Positions 20,412-31,475 are shown, counted from the stretch's first letter. The stretch: DNA of 64,000 nt from an uncultured Chloroflexia bacterium (GCA_963750275.1 CAVVQC010000007.1:104346-168345), one strand, 5' to 3'. The notes: generated by a model not told the origin, from the letters alone. Made by a program: numbers and translations.

Positions 20412-20978
20412 CTACTTTGCGCTGAACACGGCTGTCAGCAGGTCCGCCGAGGTCGCGACGGTCCAGCCACCGGGTTGGGCAAACCGCAGCGGGACGCCCT
20501 GGCTCTTCAGCAGGATGTTTGGATCGACCCGCAAGGTTCGACTGCGGGTCGGGTCTTTCTCGACACCGGGATAGGCGGTTGCCTTATCGAGTCCTTTATC
20601 GAGGATCGGACCAACGATCGATTCGATCGGCAGCTTCCCCAGCGCCTTGATCTCCTTGATCTCGACGGTCACCATGTCGTCATCATGCGCGGTGATACCG
20701 ATGACAGCCGTCGCCTTGGCACGCAGGAAGCGACCGGTGCCAGCATTCACCGTCACCTCTGCGCCGCCCGGCACGAACTTCGCGCCCTCCAGCTCGACCT
20801 CCATGGGCATCTTGCTCTTGCCGAGCTCGAGCACGGCAGCCACGCTCTTGGTCAGCGCCACGTCGTTCAGGTTCGCAGACAGCGTGTAGACCACGGGAGC
20901 GAGGGGAACCTTTTCGGTTCCCTTCTCCAGATCCATCGACAGGTCGGTAATTTGCAGATCAACGGTTGCTTTGCTCAT
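20412..20978 (-). CDS. Hypothetical protein
   Basis: ORF with GAAGGA RBS, typical codon usage; MSKATVDLQ... Confidence 0.7.
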   Translation of the reverse strand: MSKATVDLQITDLSMDLEKGTEKVPLAPVVYTLSANLNDVALTKSVAAVLELGKSKMPMEVELEGAKFVPGGAEVTVNAGTGRFLRAKATAVIGITAHDDDMVTVEIKEIKALGKLPIESIVGPILDKGLDKATAYPGVEKDPTRSRTLRVDPNILLKSQGVPLRFAQPGGWTVATSADLLTAVFSAK

Positions 20979-21322
20979 CGTAATGTCCTTCAGCGGCGGG
21001 GACGAACCCGCTCGGCGATATTGGGAAAAAGTGTAGCGCCCGACCCGATGCATGGGCCGAGAGTCGCTTCCTGGCGAAAATTGGGCGTCCGTTCAGGTAG
21101 ACATCGATTCCAACCGTCCGCTAGGGTTGAATGAAATACGCCGAGAACGTGTCCCCGCACGCTGGCTCTTCCCCGCCCGTCTTCCGACGGGAGAGCCAAC
21201 ACGCCATCTTCGACCGGATCGCCGGTCTCATTTGGCTGAGCGTATCGAATCGGAACAACGCGCGACGATCTTTGCTGGGCCGAATTGCAGATCGGCAGGT
21301 TGTCGTGACGGAGGGAAGGCGG

Positions 21323-22996
21323 ATGACGGCGTTGTCGTATCGACGCAGCCGGATCGTGGGAATTCTTGCGCTCCTGCTTGTAATGGCGATCCCCATCGCA
21401 ACCAAACTCGATGTGCGAGCCGCGACCGATCTGGTCGTCGGCGCTCAAGCACAGGTGAGCGACGCCCAGGGCGATAGTGTCAACCTGCGCATGGAACCGT
21501 CGTACGCCGGAGATGTGCTGACCAGCGTGCCGGAAGGCGAGATCGTTGATGTGCTCGACGGTCCCTTTACCGACAATACGGACGGTACTGTCTGGTACCA
21601 GGTCAATGCCTCCGGGCAACCGGGCTACATGATCTCCGACTATCTGGTAAACGCTGATGCCGCGGTCAGTCCCGCTGCGGCAGCGACCACGACGGCCAAC
21701 TTGAATCTCCGTTCAGGGGCCGGCATCAGCTTTTCGGTCCTGCTCGTGATTCCGAACGGCGCGACGGTCAATACCACCGGCGCTGTTCAAAACGGTTATA
21801 CCCAGCTCGTCTACAACGGCACGACCGGTTGGTCGGCCAGTCAGTACCTCTCGATGACCGGAGGAACGACCGCGGCGATTGTGGCAGATGGACCGCTCAA
21901 TCTTCGTTCCGGTCCCAGTACCAGTTTCTCAGTGTTGGCGCTTATGCCAACTGGGGCCAGTCTCACGATCACCGGGGCGCTCACGAGCGGGTACTATCCA
22001 GTCAATTACAACGGCACTGCCGGATACGCCGCCGCCGAGTTCATTCAGATAACCGCGACGCAAACAGCAACCACGACCGCCAATCTCAACCTCCGCTCTG
22101 GTGCGGGTACCACCTTTGCCGTCCTCCTGGTCATTCCGAACGGGGCGTCCGTGACCATTACTGGCGCGGCGCAGAGCGGTTTCTATCCCGTCACCTATAA
22201 CGGCACCAGCGGTTTCGCCTCGGCAACATATCTGCAAATCGGCTCCGGCCCTGGCCCTACACCAACCCCCGTCGACCGGACAGCCTGGACCACCGCGAAT
22301 CTCAACCTGCGTGCAGGAGCGTCCACCAGCACGTCTGTCCTGCTTGTGATCCCGAACGGGGCACAGATCACCGTCACTGGAGCGCTCACGAGCGGCTTCT
22401 ACCCGGTGCGCTATGGCTCGACCAACGGTTTCGCCTCGTCCACATACATCACATTCACATCTCCCGGCCCCACACCAACCGCAACGGTACCGGCAGGCGG
22501 AGCCATCGTCTGGCCGGTTTCCGGGGGCGCCTGGGAAGTGATCCAGGGGTATAACGGATCGAGCCACCAGAACAACAGCTCAACCTGGCAATACCTCTAT
22601 TCGCTCGATATCGCCCGCCAGAGTGGCCAGACCGCTGGGACGAGCGCCTATGCCCCTGTGTCCGGCACCGTACGCTGGTACGAGCGGTCGTCGGGAGGAA
22701 TCACGATCGACATGGGCAATGGGTACGCTGTCGCCATGTTCCATCTGACCGTCGATCGCGGTTGGGAGCCAGGCGACACCATCCGGCAAGGCGATTTCGT
22801 CGGCACCATCTCCCCGGAGGGAGGCGAAGGCTTCGTCCAGGTTCCCCACATCCACATAACCCTCTGGCAAACCAACGATGGTGGTAACTGGAACCGCGTG
22901 GCTGCTCCCTTTACCGGCCAATTCGCTATTAGCGGGAACGACCTCCCCTCGAACGGAACCGCCTACCAGTGGTCCGGGTTCGAGTTCGCGCCGTAA
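21323..22996 (+). CDS. Secreted multi-SH3b peptidoglycan hydrolase with M23 domain
   Basis: Signal peptide; five (V/L)NLR-type SH3b units; WPV, H...SLD, YAPVSG, PHIH. Confidence 0.88.
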   Translation: MTALSYRRSRIVGILALLLVMAIPIATKLDVRAATDLVVGAQAQVSDAQGDSVNLRMEPSYAGDVLTSVPEGEIVDVLDGPFTDNTDGTVWYQVNASGQPGYMISDYLVNADAAVSPAAAATTTANLNLRSGAGISFSVLLVIPNGATVNTTGAVQNGYTQLVYNGTTGWSASQYLSMTGGTTAAIVADGPLNLRSGPSTSFSVLALMPTGASLTITGALTSGYYPVNYNGTAGYAAAEFIQITATQTATTTANLNLRSGAGTTFAVLLVIPNGASVTITGAAQSGFYPVTYNGTSGFASATYLQIGSGPGPTPTPVDRTAWTTANLNLRAGASTSTSVLLVIPNGAQITVTGALTSGFYPVRYGSTNGFASSTYITFTSPGPTPTATVPAGGAIVWPVSGGAWEVIQGYNGSSHQNNSSTWQYLYSLDIARQSGQTAGTSAYAPVSGTVRWYERSSGGITIDMGNGYAVAMFHLTVDRGWEPGDTIRQGDFVGTISPEGGEGFVQVPHIHITLWQTNDGGNWNRVAAPFTGQFAISGNDLPSNGTAYQWSGFEFAP

Positions 22997-23039
22997 CCCG
23001 CACCCCTTTCCAAACTTGCCCGCATTTCCATCCCCCGCA

Positions 23040-23074
23040 GGTGATGGCCAGGAGCCCCGCTCCTGGCCATCACC
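23040..23074 (+). terminator. Strong hairpin after the SH3-M23 gene
   Basis: GGTGATGGCCAGGAGC-ccc-GCTCCTGGCCATCACC, 16-bp stem, weak U-tract. Confidence 0.6.
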
Positions 23075-23152
23075 ATTTGACGAGTTGGGAGCCGGGGTTC
23101 TTCTGCTTCTCATGTCTCGTCTACAATCCTGTTCACGAAGGAGTACGCCCAC

Positions 23153-24145
23153 ATGCAAACGATGTCCACGACGCGGGACACCGGGATCGCCCCCGTGTCC
23201 GAACTGGCTGAACGCATTCTGGGTGAGATTCGTACCTCGGTCATCGGCAAAGATGACACCGCCGAGTTGTTACTCGCCGCCATGTTGGCCGGTGGACATG
23301 TGCTGATCGAGGATGTGCCTGGTGTGGGAAAGACGACCCTGGCGCGCGCGATAGCCCAGGCGTTCGGTGGCAGCACCCGTCGCATCCAGTTCACGCCCGA
23401 TCTGCTGCCAAGCGATGTCACCGGTATAACCTATTTCGACCAGCGCGCCGCCGAATTCCGATTCCGGCCAGGGCCGATCTTCGCGAATGTGGTGGTGGCG
23501 GATGAGATCAACCGCGCCACCCCGCGCACCCAGTCGGCCTTGCTGGAAGCCATGCAGGAGGGGAACGTCACCATCGAAGGAGAGACGCACGTCCTTCCCG
23601 CGCCCTTCCTGGTGGTTGCGACCCAGAACCCCATCGAGCTGGAAGGCACCTTTCCGCTCCCGGAAGCGCAGATCGACCGCTTTATGATGCGCCTCAGCAT
23701 GGGCTATCCGAACGAGCGCGATGAAATTGCCATGGTGTCGGGCGAATTCACCGGTGGTGAGCCAGTCACGCCGGTTGGTTCGCCAGCAGAAGTGGATGCT
23801 GCGCGACAGGCGACCCGACTGGTCTACCTCTCTCCTGAAATCGCTGCCTATCTGACCGAATTGGTGCGCGCCACCCGGACCTCCCCGGGGGTGGAGCTTG
23901 GGGCGAGCCCACGCGCATCATTGGCCCTGGCGTCCTCCGCCCGGGCGTTGGCCGCGATGCAGGGACGCACCTCCGTTACCCCAGACGATATCAAGCGACT
24001 CGCTCCCTTTGTGTTAGAGCATCGGGTGGTGATGACAATCGAAGCGCGGCTGCGTGAGCAGACCGCGGCCGGGTTGATCGCCGCACTCTTGAGCTCGACT
24101 CCGGTGCCGGTCGAAGGGAGCGTCGGACTCGACGGTGGATCATGA
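23153..24145 (+). CDS. MoxR-family AAA+ ATPase
   Basis: EDVPGVGKT, RIQFTPDLLPSD, DEINRA, ATQNPIE, LPEAQIDRF. Confidence 0.95.
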   Translation: MQTMSTTRDTGIAPVSELAERILGEIRTSVIGKDDTAELLLAAMLAGGHVLIEDVPGVGKTTLARAIAQAFGGSTRRIQFTPDLLPSDVTGITYFDQRAAEFRFRPGPIFANVVVADEINRATPRTQSALLEAMQEGNVTIEGETHVLPAPFLVVATQNPIELEGTFPLPEAQIDRFMMRLSMGYPNERDEIAMVSGEFTGGEPVTPVGSPAEVDAARQATRLVYLSPEIAAYLTELVRATRTSPGVELGASPRASLALASSARALAAMQGRTSVTPDDIKRLAPFVLEHRVVMTIEARLREQTAAGLIAALLSSTPVPVEGSVGLDGGS

Positions 24146-25413
24146 TTCCCCTGCCATCGCGTTTCGACCGGTTGCGGACGCCCTATCACCACAATGAGGG
24201 CGATCGTAGTCTCTATTTCGGCCGCTTCTGGGTCTACGGGGCCGTCGTTTTACTGCTGATTGGTATCGGGCTCGATCACTATCCGGTTGCGCTGGTGGGA
24301 TTCTTCGTCCTCTGCACAGCCGCCGGTTCGAGCCTTTGGAACCGATATGCCCTCGATCAGGTCCTATTCGAGACGTCACTCTCAGCCCACCGCGCATTCC
24401 CGGACGATCGGGTAGAGCTGTACGTCACGCTCGCCAACGAAAAGCCCCTCCCTCTACCAGAGATCACGGTCGATCTGACCCTCTCTGAAGCATTGCTGCC
24501 GGTGGGACGAGAGAGCACCGTCGAAGGCGCTTCGACCAATCGCTCATTGGAGCTACGCGCCAGTCTGCGGCCCTTCGAGCGACGTAGCTGGACGATTCCG
24601 CTCGATTGCACCTGCCGCGGACCGTGGAATATCGGCCCGGCAACCTTGCGTTCCAGCGATCCATTCGGCTTTTTCTCGAGCCGGCGGACGGTGAGCGACA
24701 AACAGGAGCTGATCGTCTATCCCCATTCCTTCCCAGTCCCCGAACCGCCCGCCCGCAACGAGCGCCTGATGGGTCCGCTCACTGCACGCCGCCGCCTCGT
24801 AACCGATCCATTGCGCCGGGCCGGCGTACGCGACTATCACCCGGAGGATCCCTTTCGGGTCATCAATTGGAAAGCGACTGCCCGCACCGGGAGTCTCAAG
24901 GTCAACGTCAACGATCCGGTCATCTCAACCGTCATGATGATCCTGCTCAATCTCGACACCTTTACCCACTACTGGGAGGGACTTGCGGTCGAGCAGAGTG
25001 AGCGCGCCATCGAAACAGCGGCTTCGATCGCCCGCTGGGGGATCGAACAGCAGATCAGCGTAGGGATTTCCACCAACGGTTTGATTTCCGGGTTCGATAC
25101 ACCGCTCCGCATCCCACCCGCGCGTGGCATGCATCAACAGGCACAGATCATGAATGGGCTGGCTCGGCTCTGGGCCTTTTCGACCGTACCGGTGGCGCAG
25201 GTACTCCGGCAGGAACGGGTGCGTTGCAGCCGGGAAACCACCTTCGTGTTTGTCTCCCCCATGACTTCGCCGGTCATCGCCAACGAGCTGCGGCTCTACA
25301 CCCTGGCCGGGATCGACCCGATCTTCGTTCCGGTTGGAGAAGCGATCAAGGACCCGTTACCTGGGGTGGAGCGGTGGGACATCGAGTTGCCAACTACGGA
25401 GACGGCCGCATGA
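24142..25413 (+). CDS. DUF58-family membrane-anchored protein
   Basis: DPFGFF, LIVYP, GVRDYHPEDP, INWKATAR; coupled to MoxR. Confidence 0.88.
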   Translation: MIPLPSRFDRLRTPYHHNEGDRSLYFGRFWVYGAVVLLLIGIGLDHYPVALVGFFVLCTAAGSSLWNRYALDQVLFETSLSAHRAFPDDRVELYVTLANEKPLPLPEITVDLTLSEALLPVGRESTVEGASTNRSLELRASLRPFERRSWTIPLDCTCRGPWNIGPATLRSSDPFGFFSSRRTVSDKQELIVYPHSFPVPEPPARNERLMGPLTARRRLVTDPLRRAGVRDYHPEDPFRVINWKATARTGSLKVNVNDPVISTVMMILLNLDTFTHYWEGLAVEQSERAIETAASIARWGIEQQISVGISTNGLISGFDTPLRIPPARGMHQQAQIMNGLARLWAFSTVPVAQVLRQERVRCSRETTFVFVSPMTSPVIANELRLYTLAGIDPIFVPVGEAIKDPLPGVERWDIELPTTETAA

Positions 25414-26846
25414 GCCAGATGTCGCTCACCTACAGTCGCCGGGAATGGGTGATCGAACTGCTCTTGCTGCTGGCGGAAGGACTCCTGGTGTGGATGGTGG
25501 CCAATCAGCTGTTTGCGCCATTCACGGGTAATCCCGATCCAATCCCGGTCTGGCTACCGGTTGTCCTGGTCATCGTCGCAGGCGTATTGCCACGTTTCCT
25601 GCACGACTACGGCATCTGGAATCGTGGCTTCGGACTGGTCATGCTGGGGGCGATTCTGCTCACTACGCTGGCCACGGTGAAAGTCATCGCCTTTCCAAGC
25701 TATCCCTGGATAGATTCCGAGTGGTTGCGGCAAGCGGTGCGCTCGCTCGTCTTCGAGCAATCAACGGCCGATATCGCCGCATGGGCGCCCATTGGGCTGA
25801 GTGCTGCAGTCTGGTGGCTGGCCCGCGTTAACGGTTCGCCAGGGATGGAACGTTGCCGCACGATGCTTCTGGCTGCGACGATGATTACCGCGCTGGTTTC
25901 CATCGCCGCGTATGTGGTGCTTACGGGACCTGGCGACCGGGAGCTCTCGATTGCCATCGTCATCGTCTTCTCCGCCACGCTCATCGCGCTCGCCATCGCC
26001 CGGCAGGGGCACGAGGCCACCCATTCTCGTCGCAGGTTGCTGACGACGGTTCTTCTGCCGACCATCGCCATCGTCTCGGCCGCAGTGGTGCTTTCCCGGA
26101 TCGTGACCTTCGATGGGCTCCGCAGCTCATCGGCCGCGATTTCGTTCCTCGAAGTCGTGCTGGAACCATTCTTCCAGTTGCTGGTGCTGTTGCTCACCGT
26201 ACTGGTCATCGTCATCTCGTTGCCGCTCGTTTGGTTACTTTCGCTGGGCGACTATCGTGGCATCCCGCAGGTCAACGGATTTGGCAACAACGGTCAAAAT
26301 GAACCGGCCCGCTCGGTGCTCGACTGGCAGCCGCCCGATCCGGTGCGCTACCTGCTGGCGTTTCTCGTGCTGGCGGCGATCTTCTATGGATTGACCCGGT
26401 TTGGTCTGGCCCTGACCCGGCGCGATTTCGATCCGCTGGAAACCGGCGAGCGCGAGTTCGGCTCCGGCAAAGGCTTCGGCGCCTGGCTCGACCGGTTCCG
26501 CGGACGCTTCGGCCGGCCGATCTCGCGTGATCCCCTCGCTGAGCTGCGCAAGGACCCAGCCTGGGCAAACACCGTAACGATCCGCGAGACCTATGCCACC
26601 TGGCTTCGCTTTGCGGAAACCCACAAACTCGGTCGCGCTACCGGTGAAACTGCCGACGAGCTCGATCGGCGCGCGGGACCGAATCTGCAGGCACAATCCG
26701 CCACTGCAGCGCTCGATGAGCTCACCGAGATCTACGACAACGTACGCTATGCACAGACGCCGGCCACTCCCGACCAGGCCGAACGTGCGCTCCGCGCCTG
26801 GAACAGGCTGAAATCCGCCGAATCGGCAGCTTCGAGTCAGCGCTGA
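25410..26846 (+). CDS. Polytopic membrane protein with C-terminal DUF4129-like domain
   Basis: Multiple TM segments; R..GETADE, LTEIYDNVRY. Confidence 0.75.
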   Translation: MSQMSLTYSRREWVIELLLLLAEGLLVWMVANQLFAPFTGNPDPIPVWLPVVLVIVAGVLPRFLHDYGIWNRGFGLVMLGAILLTTLATVKVIAFPSYPWIDSEWLRQAVRSLVFEQSTADIAAWAPIGLSAAVWWLARVNGSPGMERCRTMLLAATMITALVSIAAYVVLTGPGDRELSIAIVIVFSATLIALAIARQGHEATHSRRRLLTTVLLPTIAIVSAAVVLSRIVTFDGLRSSSAAISFLEVVLEPFFQLLVLLLTVLVIVISLPLVWLLSLGDYRGIPQVNGFGNNGQNEPARSVLDWQPPDPVRYLLAFLVLAAIFYGLTRFGLALTRRDFDPLETGEREFGSGKGFGAWLDRFRGRFGRPISRDPLAELRKDPAWANTVTIRETYATWLRFAETHKLGRATGETADELDRRAGPNLQAQSATAALDELTEIYDNVRYAQTPATPDQAERALRAWNRLKSAESAASSQR

Positions 26847-26889
26847 CCGAGCGGCAACCTAACGTAGATTGCAACACAGGCAAACATTC

Positions 26890-28035
26890 ATGGCTCCGCT
26901 TCCCAACGACGCTCCCGTCGGTATCTATCTCCACATTCCCTTCTGTCGCCACATCTGTCCCTATTGCGACTTCAACACCTATCGCGGGCTGGATGCGCTC
27001 GTCCCGCGCTATGTCGATGCGCTCGTTCGCGATATCGCATCGCATCCACCGATGCCTGCCCAGACGATCTATTTCGGTGGGGGCACGCCCTCGCTGCTCG
27101 CTCCGGAACAAATCGGGCGCATCATGGACGCATGTCGTGCGTCGTTCGATCTCGACCCGAACGCGGAAATCACCCTCGAAGCCAATCCCAACGGAGTCGA
27201 TACCGCCTGGTTCGAAGGCGTACGCGCAACCGGGGTCAACCGCCTCAGCATCGGTGCGCAGACCTTCGACCGCAAGGGGTTGCGCGTGCTCGGCCGGCAA
27301 CACGAAGCAGCCGACGTGATCGCGGCGCTGGACGCGGCCCGGGCCGGAGGGTTCGAGAATCTTTCGCTCGATCTTATCTTCGGGTGGCCCGGACAAACCC
27401 TCGACCAATGGCGGAGCGATCTCGAGACGATTGCCTCCCTGGCTATCGAACACTGCTCGCTCTATTCGCTCATCGTCGAACCAGGCACACCCATGGCCGA
27501 CGCGGTTACGCGTGGAGTCCTAACCGTGCTCGACGACGACACCAGCGCCGATCTCTACGAAATCGCGATGGACACCCTGGGTTCCGCTGGATGGACCCAC
27601 TACGAGATCGCCAACTGGGCGCGTTCGCCTGAATTCGCGTCCCAACACAATCTCGTCTACTGGCGAAACGGCGCCTATGCCGCATTTGGCGCGGGCGCTC
27701 ACGGCCGTATTGGTTCCGAGCGCTTCATGAATCATCTCAAACCGCTCACCTACATCGAAGCGGTCGAATCTGGTGCATCTCCGCACTCCAATGTCGAGCA
27801 TCTTGGCTCCGAGCTGCAAATTGGCGAAACCTTGATGCTCGGGCTGCGTTTGCTGCAGGAGGGGGTGTCAGCTTCTGCATTCGCAGCGCGACATGGTGTC
27901 GACCTGGACAATCACTTCGGCTCGCAAATCGAGGAGCTGACCGGGTTCGGCTTACTCGATTGGGACGGTTCCCATCTTCGCCTGACGCCGCGCGGCACCC
28001 TCCTCGCCAACGACGTCTGCATGCGCTTTCTTTAG
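26890..28035 (+). CDS. hemW: Radical SAM heme chaperone HemW
   Basis: YLHIPFCRHICPYCDFN, GGGTPS, EANP, HYEIANW, HNLVYW. Confidence 0.93.
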   Translation: MAPLPNDAPVGIYLHIPFCRHICPYCDFNTYRGLDALVPRYVDALVRDIASHPPMPAQTIYFGGGTPSLLAPEQIGRIMDACRASFDLDPNAEITLEANPNGVDTAWFEGVRATGVNRLSIGAQTFDRKGLRVLGRQHEAADVIAALDAARAGGFENLSLDLIFGWPGQTLDQWRSDLETIASLAIEHCSLYSLIVEPGTPMADAVTRGVLTVLDDDTSADLYEIAMDTLGSAGWTHYEIANWARSPEFASQHNLVYWRNGAYAAFGAGAHGRIGSERFMNHLKPLTYIEAVESGASPHSNVEHLGSELQIGETLMLGLRLLQEGVSASAFAARHGVDLDNHFGSQIEELTGFGLLDWDGSHLRLTPRGTLLANDVCMRFL

Positions 28036-28188
28036 CGCCCACGAGTGGGCCCCTACAGCATCCGACACGTTCGACCAGTGTCGCCGGAATAACGAACCGG
28101 TTCCAACTTCCAGAATCACGCCCTCGCGCCAATCGGTATCCCTCTACAATGCCGGAACGAGTCACACACCGGCCGGGGAGGGCGAATC

Positions 28189-29607
28189 ATGGGAAATGAC
28201 ATCATCTTTTCATCCGCGATCGAGCTGAGCGAGCGGATCCATAAAAAGGACGTCTCGGCTCGCGAGGTGATGGAAGCACATCTCGCGCAGATCGAAAAGG
28301 TGAATCCGCAGGTCAACGCCATCGTCAATATGCTCACACCCGATCAGGCTATCGAGCAGGCGATCGACAAGGATCGCGATTTCGCGGCTGGCACGAAGCC
28401 CGGTCCGCTGCACGGCTTTCCCCATGCGGTCAAAGACCTCTACGACGCGGCCGGTTTTCCCACCACCAGCGGCTCGCTGCTCTTCAAGGACAACATTGCC
28501 CAGCAAGACTCGCTCATCGTGCAGCGAATCCGGCGCGCGGGGGCGGTGATCATCGGCAAAACCAACGTCCCAGAATTCGGTCTCGGATCGCATACCTATA
28601 ACAAGGTATTTGGTCCCTGTCACAATCCCTACGACCTGAGCAAGAGCGCCGGGGGCAGCAGCGGCGGCGCGGGTGCAGCACTGGCAAGCGGGATGCTTCC
28701 GGTGGCGGACGGTTCCGATATGGGCGGCTCGTTGCGCAATCCCGGCAGTTTCAACAATGTGGTCGGTTTTCGCATCTCTCCCGGTCTCGTGCCTGCCTGG
28801 CCCACCGCGAAACCCTGGCTCGGCCTGAGTGTGAAGGGTCCAATGGCCCGCACCGTCGATGACTGTGCCTTCCTGCTCTCAGTAATCGCCGGTCCAGATG
28901 CACGTGATCAGCTCGCCTATCCCGTCGATTCTGGCATCTTTCGCCAACCGCTCGAACGCGACTTTCGCGGAGTCAAAGTGGCCTGGTGCCCCGATCTCGG
29001 TGGGCTGCCGCTCGATCCCGGCGTCCGCGCAACGCTCGATGCCCAGCGAGCTACCTTCGAAGCGCTTGGATGCCAGGTCGTCGATATCGCACCCGATCTG
29101 ACTGGCGCAGAGGAGGCGTTCCAGATGTTGCGCGGCGCATCGCTCGCGGATGACGAACGGCACTTGCTCGACGCCCCGGAGGGGATGGTCAAACCGGAAG
29201 CAATCTGGAACATCCAGCAAGGCCTCAAGCTTTCGGCTGCTGATTTCGGTCACGCTATGTCTGTGCAGCAGCAGATCTTCGAACGGCTGCGTATCTTCAT
29301 GAAGGAGTACGAATTCGTCCTGACCACGGTCAACCAGATGCCACCTTTCCCGATCGAATGGGACTGGCCGCATGAGGTCGATGGGACCGAAATGGACACC
29401 TACATCTCCTGGATGCAAACTGCCTACTGGATCACCGTTACCCGTTCGCCGGCCATCTCCGTTCCCGCGGGCTTCACCGACGACGGTCTCCCGGTGGGAC
29501 TCCAGATCGTCGGACGCTTCCGCGACGATTTCGGCGTGCTGCAGCTCGCCAAAGCCTTCGAATCGGCCACCGAATTCTGGAAGATCCGCCCGGCCATTGC
29601 CGGATAG
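28189..29607 (+). CDS. Amidase signature family enzyme
   Basis: VKD, GKTNVPE, GGSSGG, GSDMGGSLR. Confidence 0.93.
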   Translation: MGNDIIFSSAIELSERIHKKDVSAREVMEAHLAQIEKVNPQVNAIVNMLTPDQAIEQAIDKDRDFAAGTKPGPLHGFPHAVKDLYDAAGFPTTSGSLLFKDNIAQQDSLIVQRIRRAGAVIIGKTNVPEFGLGSHTYNKVFGPCHNPYDLSKSAGGSSGGAGAALASGMLPVADGSDMGGSLRNPGSFNNVVGFRISPGLVPAWPTAKPWLGLSVKGPMARTVDDCAFLLSVIAGPDARDQLAYPVDSGIFRQPLERDFRGVKVAWCPDLGGLPLDPGVRATLDAQRATFEALGCQVVDIAPDLTGAEEAFQMLRGASLADDERHLLDAPEGMVKPEAIWNIQQGLKLSAADFGHAMSVQQQIFERLRIFMKEYEFVLTTVNQMPPFPIEWDWPHEVDGTEMDTYISWMQTAYWITVTRSPAISVPAGFTDDGLPVGLQIVGRFRDDFGVLQLAKAFESATEFWKIRPAIAG

Positions 29608-29715
29608 CAGCACCTTTTTCGGAGTGTGGTTCCGCCTCCTCGGTATGTGCCCTGACGCCGCTTGTGCAGCGTTTCTCTGGGAAACCGTTCCGAGCAACGT
29701 CAGGAGTTGCCAACG

Positions 29716-31371
29716 ATGCCTGCTTTTTTCCCAGAGAACGATCTGGAGGCCGCGTTTCCCACGCTGACCGAGGAGCAAATCGAGCTGCTGCGAGGGCTCG
29801 GCGAAGAACGCGCGACCCGGGCCGGCGAGGTCATCTTTTCCCCCGGCGATCCTGTCGCGCTGGTGGTGGTGCTCGCGGGCAGGCTGGCGATCGTCGACCT
29901 GTCTGACGAAGTCGAGGTCGATTCGGTCGAGGTCCATGTGGGGAACTTCGTCGGCGAGCTTGGCTTGCTTACGGGCCAGCGCGCCTATTCCACCTGCGTG
30001 GTGGCCGAGGCAGGGCGCATCCTGATCGTTCCACCGGACGGGGTGCAAACCGCCATCGAAACGGTGCCCGCGCTCGGAGACCTGCTGATCACCGCGTTCG
30101 CCGTTCGCCGTCTGCTCCTGATGCGCGCAGCCGATACCACGGTGACGCTCATCGGGCCGGAGCGGTTCCCTCAGCTTGTCGCGGTCGATGCGTTCCTGAG
30201 CCGCAACCGCATTCCCTATCGCTGGCTTGCGCCAAACGATGCGGAAGCCGTGGCACTGCTCGATCAGGTGGGAGTGCCAGCGTCTGCCAGTTCGGTCTGG
30301 GCGATCGTGCGCGATCAACTACCAATCCCAGACCCGACGCCACTTCTCGTGGCGCGAGCGCTCCGGCTCGATCTGGCGATCGGTGAAACGGAGGTCGCCG
30401 ACTTGTTGGTGGTGGGAGCCGGCCCTGCCGGGCTGTCGGCGGCGGTGTATGGCGCGTCCGAAGGCCTGAACACGATCGTGGCCGAGGACATCGCCATTGG
30501 CGGTCAGGCGGGATCGTCCTCACGGATCGAGAACTATTTGGGCTTTCCCACCGGAATCTCCGGCGCTGAGCTCGCTTTCCGCGCTGAAGTACAGGCACTC
30601 AAGTTCGGCGCGCGTATCACCGTCCCCAACAACGTTGTGGTGCTCCACCGGCGCGATGGGCTCTTCGAGATCGAACTCGAATACGGCGGCTCGCTGCATG
30701 GACGGAGCGTGGTCATCGCCACGGGGGCGCGCTATCGCAAGCTCGGCCTGTCAGGGGAAGACACGCTCGGTGGCATCTACTACTCGGCCACCGAACTCGA
30801 AGCACGCTCCTGCGGCACAGACTCGGTGGTGGTCGTGGGCGGCGGGAACTCGGCCGGTCAGGCAGCGATGTTTCTCTCAGAGCGCACGCGGCAGGTGCAT
30901 CTGGTCCACCGGCGCGAGGGGCTCGAATCGAGCATGTCTCAATACCTGATCGCGCGCCTGGAACAGGCGCCGAACGTCCACCTGCATCTCGACTCCGCTG
31001 TCTGGCGGTTGCATGGGCTCGATCAGCTCACCGACGTCACGCTCCGTAGGAGGGACGGAGCGAGTACCGAGATTGCTGCCAGTGGTCTGTTCGTCATGAT
31101 CGGCGTCGTTCCCTGCACCGACTGGCTCCGGGACACGGTGGCGCTCGACGCCAAAGGGTTTGTCCTGACCGGCCTGGATCTACCATCGAGCCTCGGGCAG
31201 CCACGTTCCGTGTTCGAAACGAGCGTTCCGGGTGTCTATGCGGTCGGCGATGTCCGGAGCGGATCGATCAAGCGGGTGGCAAGCGCGGTTGGGGAAGGGT
31301 CGGTAGTCGTCACGGCGATCCACCAGTACCTGGCTGGCATCGAAAGCGAGCCTGCCGCGTCCCGGGAATAA
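29716..31371 (+). CDS. cNMP-binding domain fused to thioredoxin-reductase-like FAD/NADPH oxidoreductase
   Basis: FPTL...GELGLL cNMP domain; GAGPAG, IENYLGFP, GGGNSAGQ, GDVRSGSIKRVASAVGEG. Confidence 0.88.
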   Translation: MPAFFPENDLEAAFPTLTEEQIELLRGLGEERATRAGEVIFSPGDPVALVVVLAGRLAIVDLSDEVEVDSVEVHVGNFVGELGLLTGQRAYSTCVVAEAGRILIVPPDGVQTAIETVPALGDLLITAFAVRRLLLMRAADTTVTLIGPERFPQLVAVDAFLSRNRIPYRWLAPNDAEAVALLDQVGVPASASSVWAIVRDQLPIPDPTPLLVARALRLDLAIGETEVADLLVVGAGPAGLSAAVYGASEGLNTIVAEDIAIGGQAGSSSRIENYLGFPTGISGAELAFRAEVQALKFGARITVPNNVVVLHRRDGLFEIELEYGGSLHGRSVVIATGARYRKLGLSGEDTLGGIYYSATELEARSCGTDSVVVVGGGNSAGQAAMFLSERTRQVHLVHRREGLESSMSQYLIARLEQAPNVHLHLDSAVWRLHGLDQLTDVTLRRRDGASTEIAASGLFVMIGVVPCTDWLRDTVALDAKGFVLTGLDLPSSLGQPRSVFETSVPGVYAVGDVRSGSIKRVASAVGEGSVVVTAIHQYLAGIESEPAASRE

Positions 31372-31475
31372 CGCGCGGCACTCATTGCCTGATCAGGCGA
31401 CAATCCCGCTATTGCCACTTTGATGCCGGCGCATCTCTGCGACACGGCTCGATCGCACGAAAGGAATCACACTCG

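Noticed and set aside
20980-21320. c-di-AMP (ydaO) riboswitch upstream of the cell-wall hydrolase
   Set aside because: Conserved GCUGAAUCC / GGGG core elements not found by eye
21690-22450. Repeated DNA units as a possible CRISPR or tandem array
   Set aside because: They are in-frame SH3b domain repeats with synonymous divergence, not repeat-spacer structure
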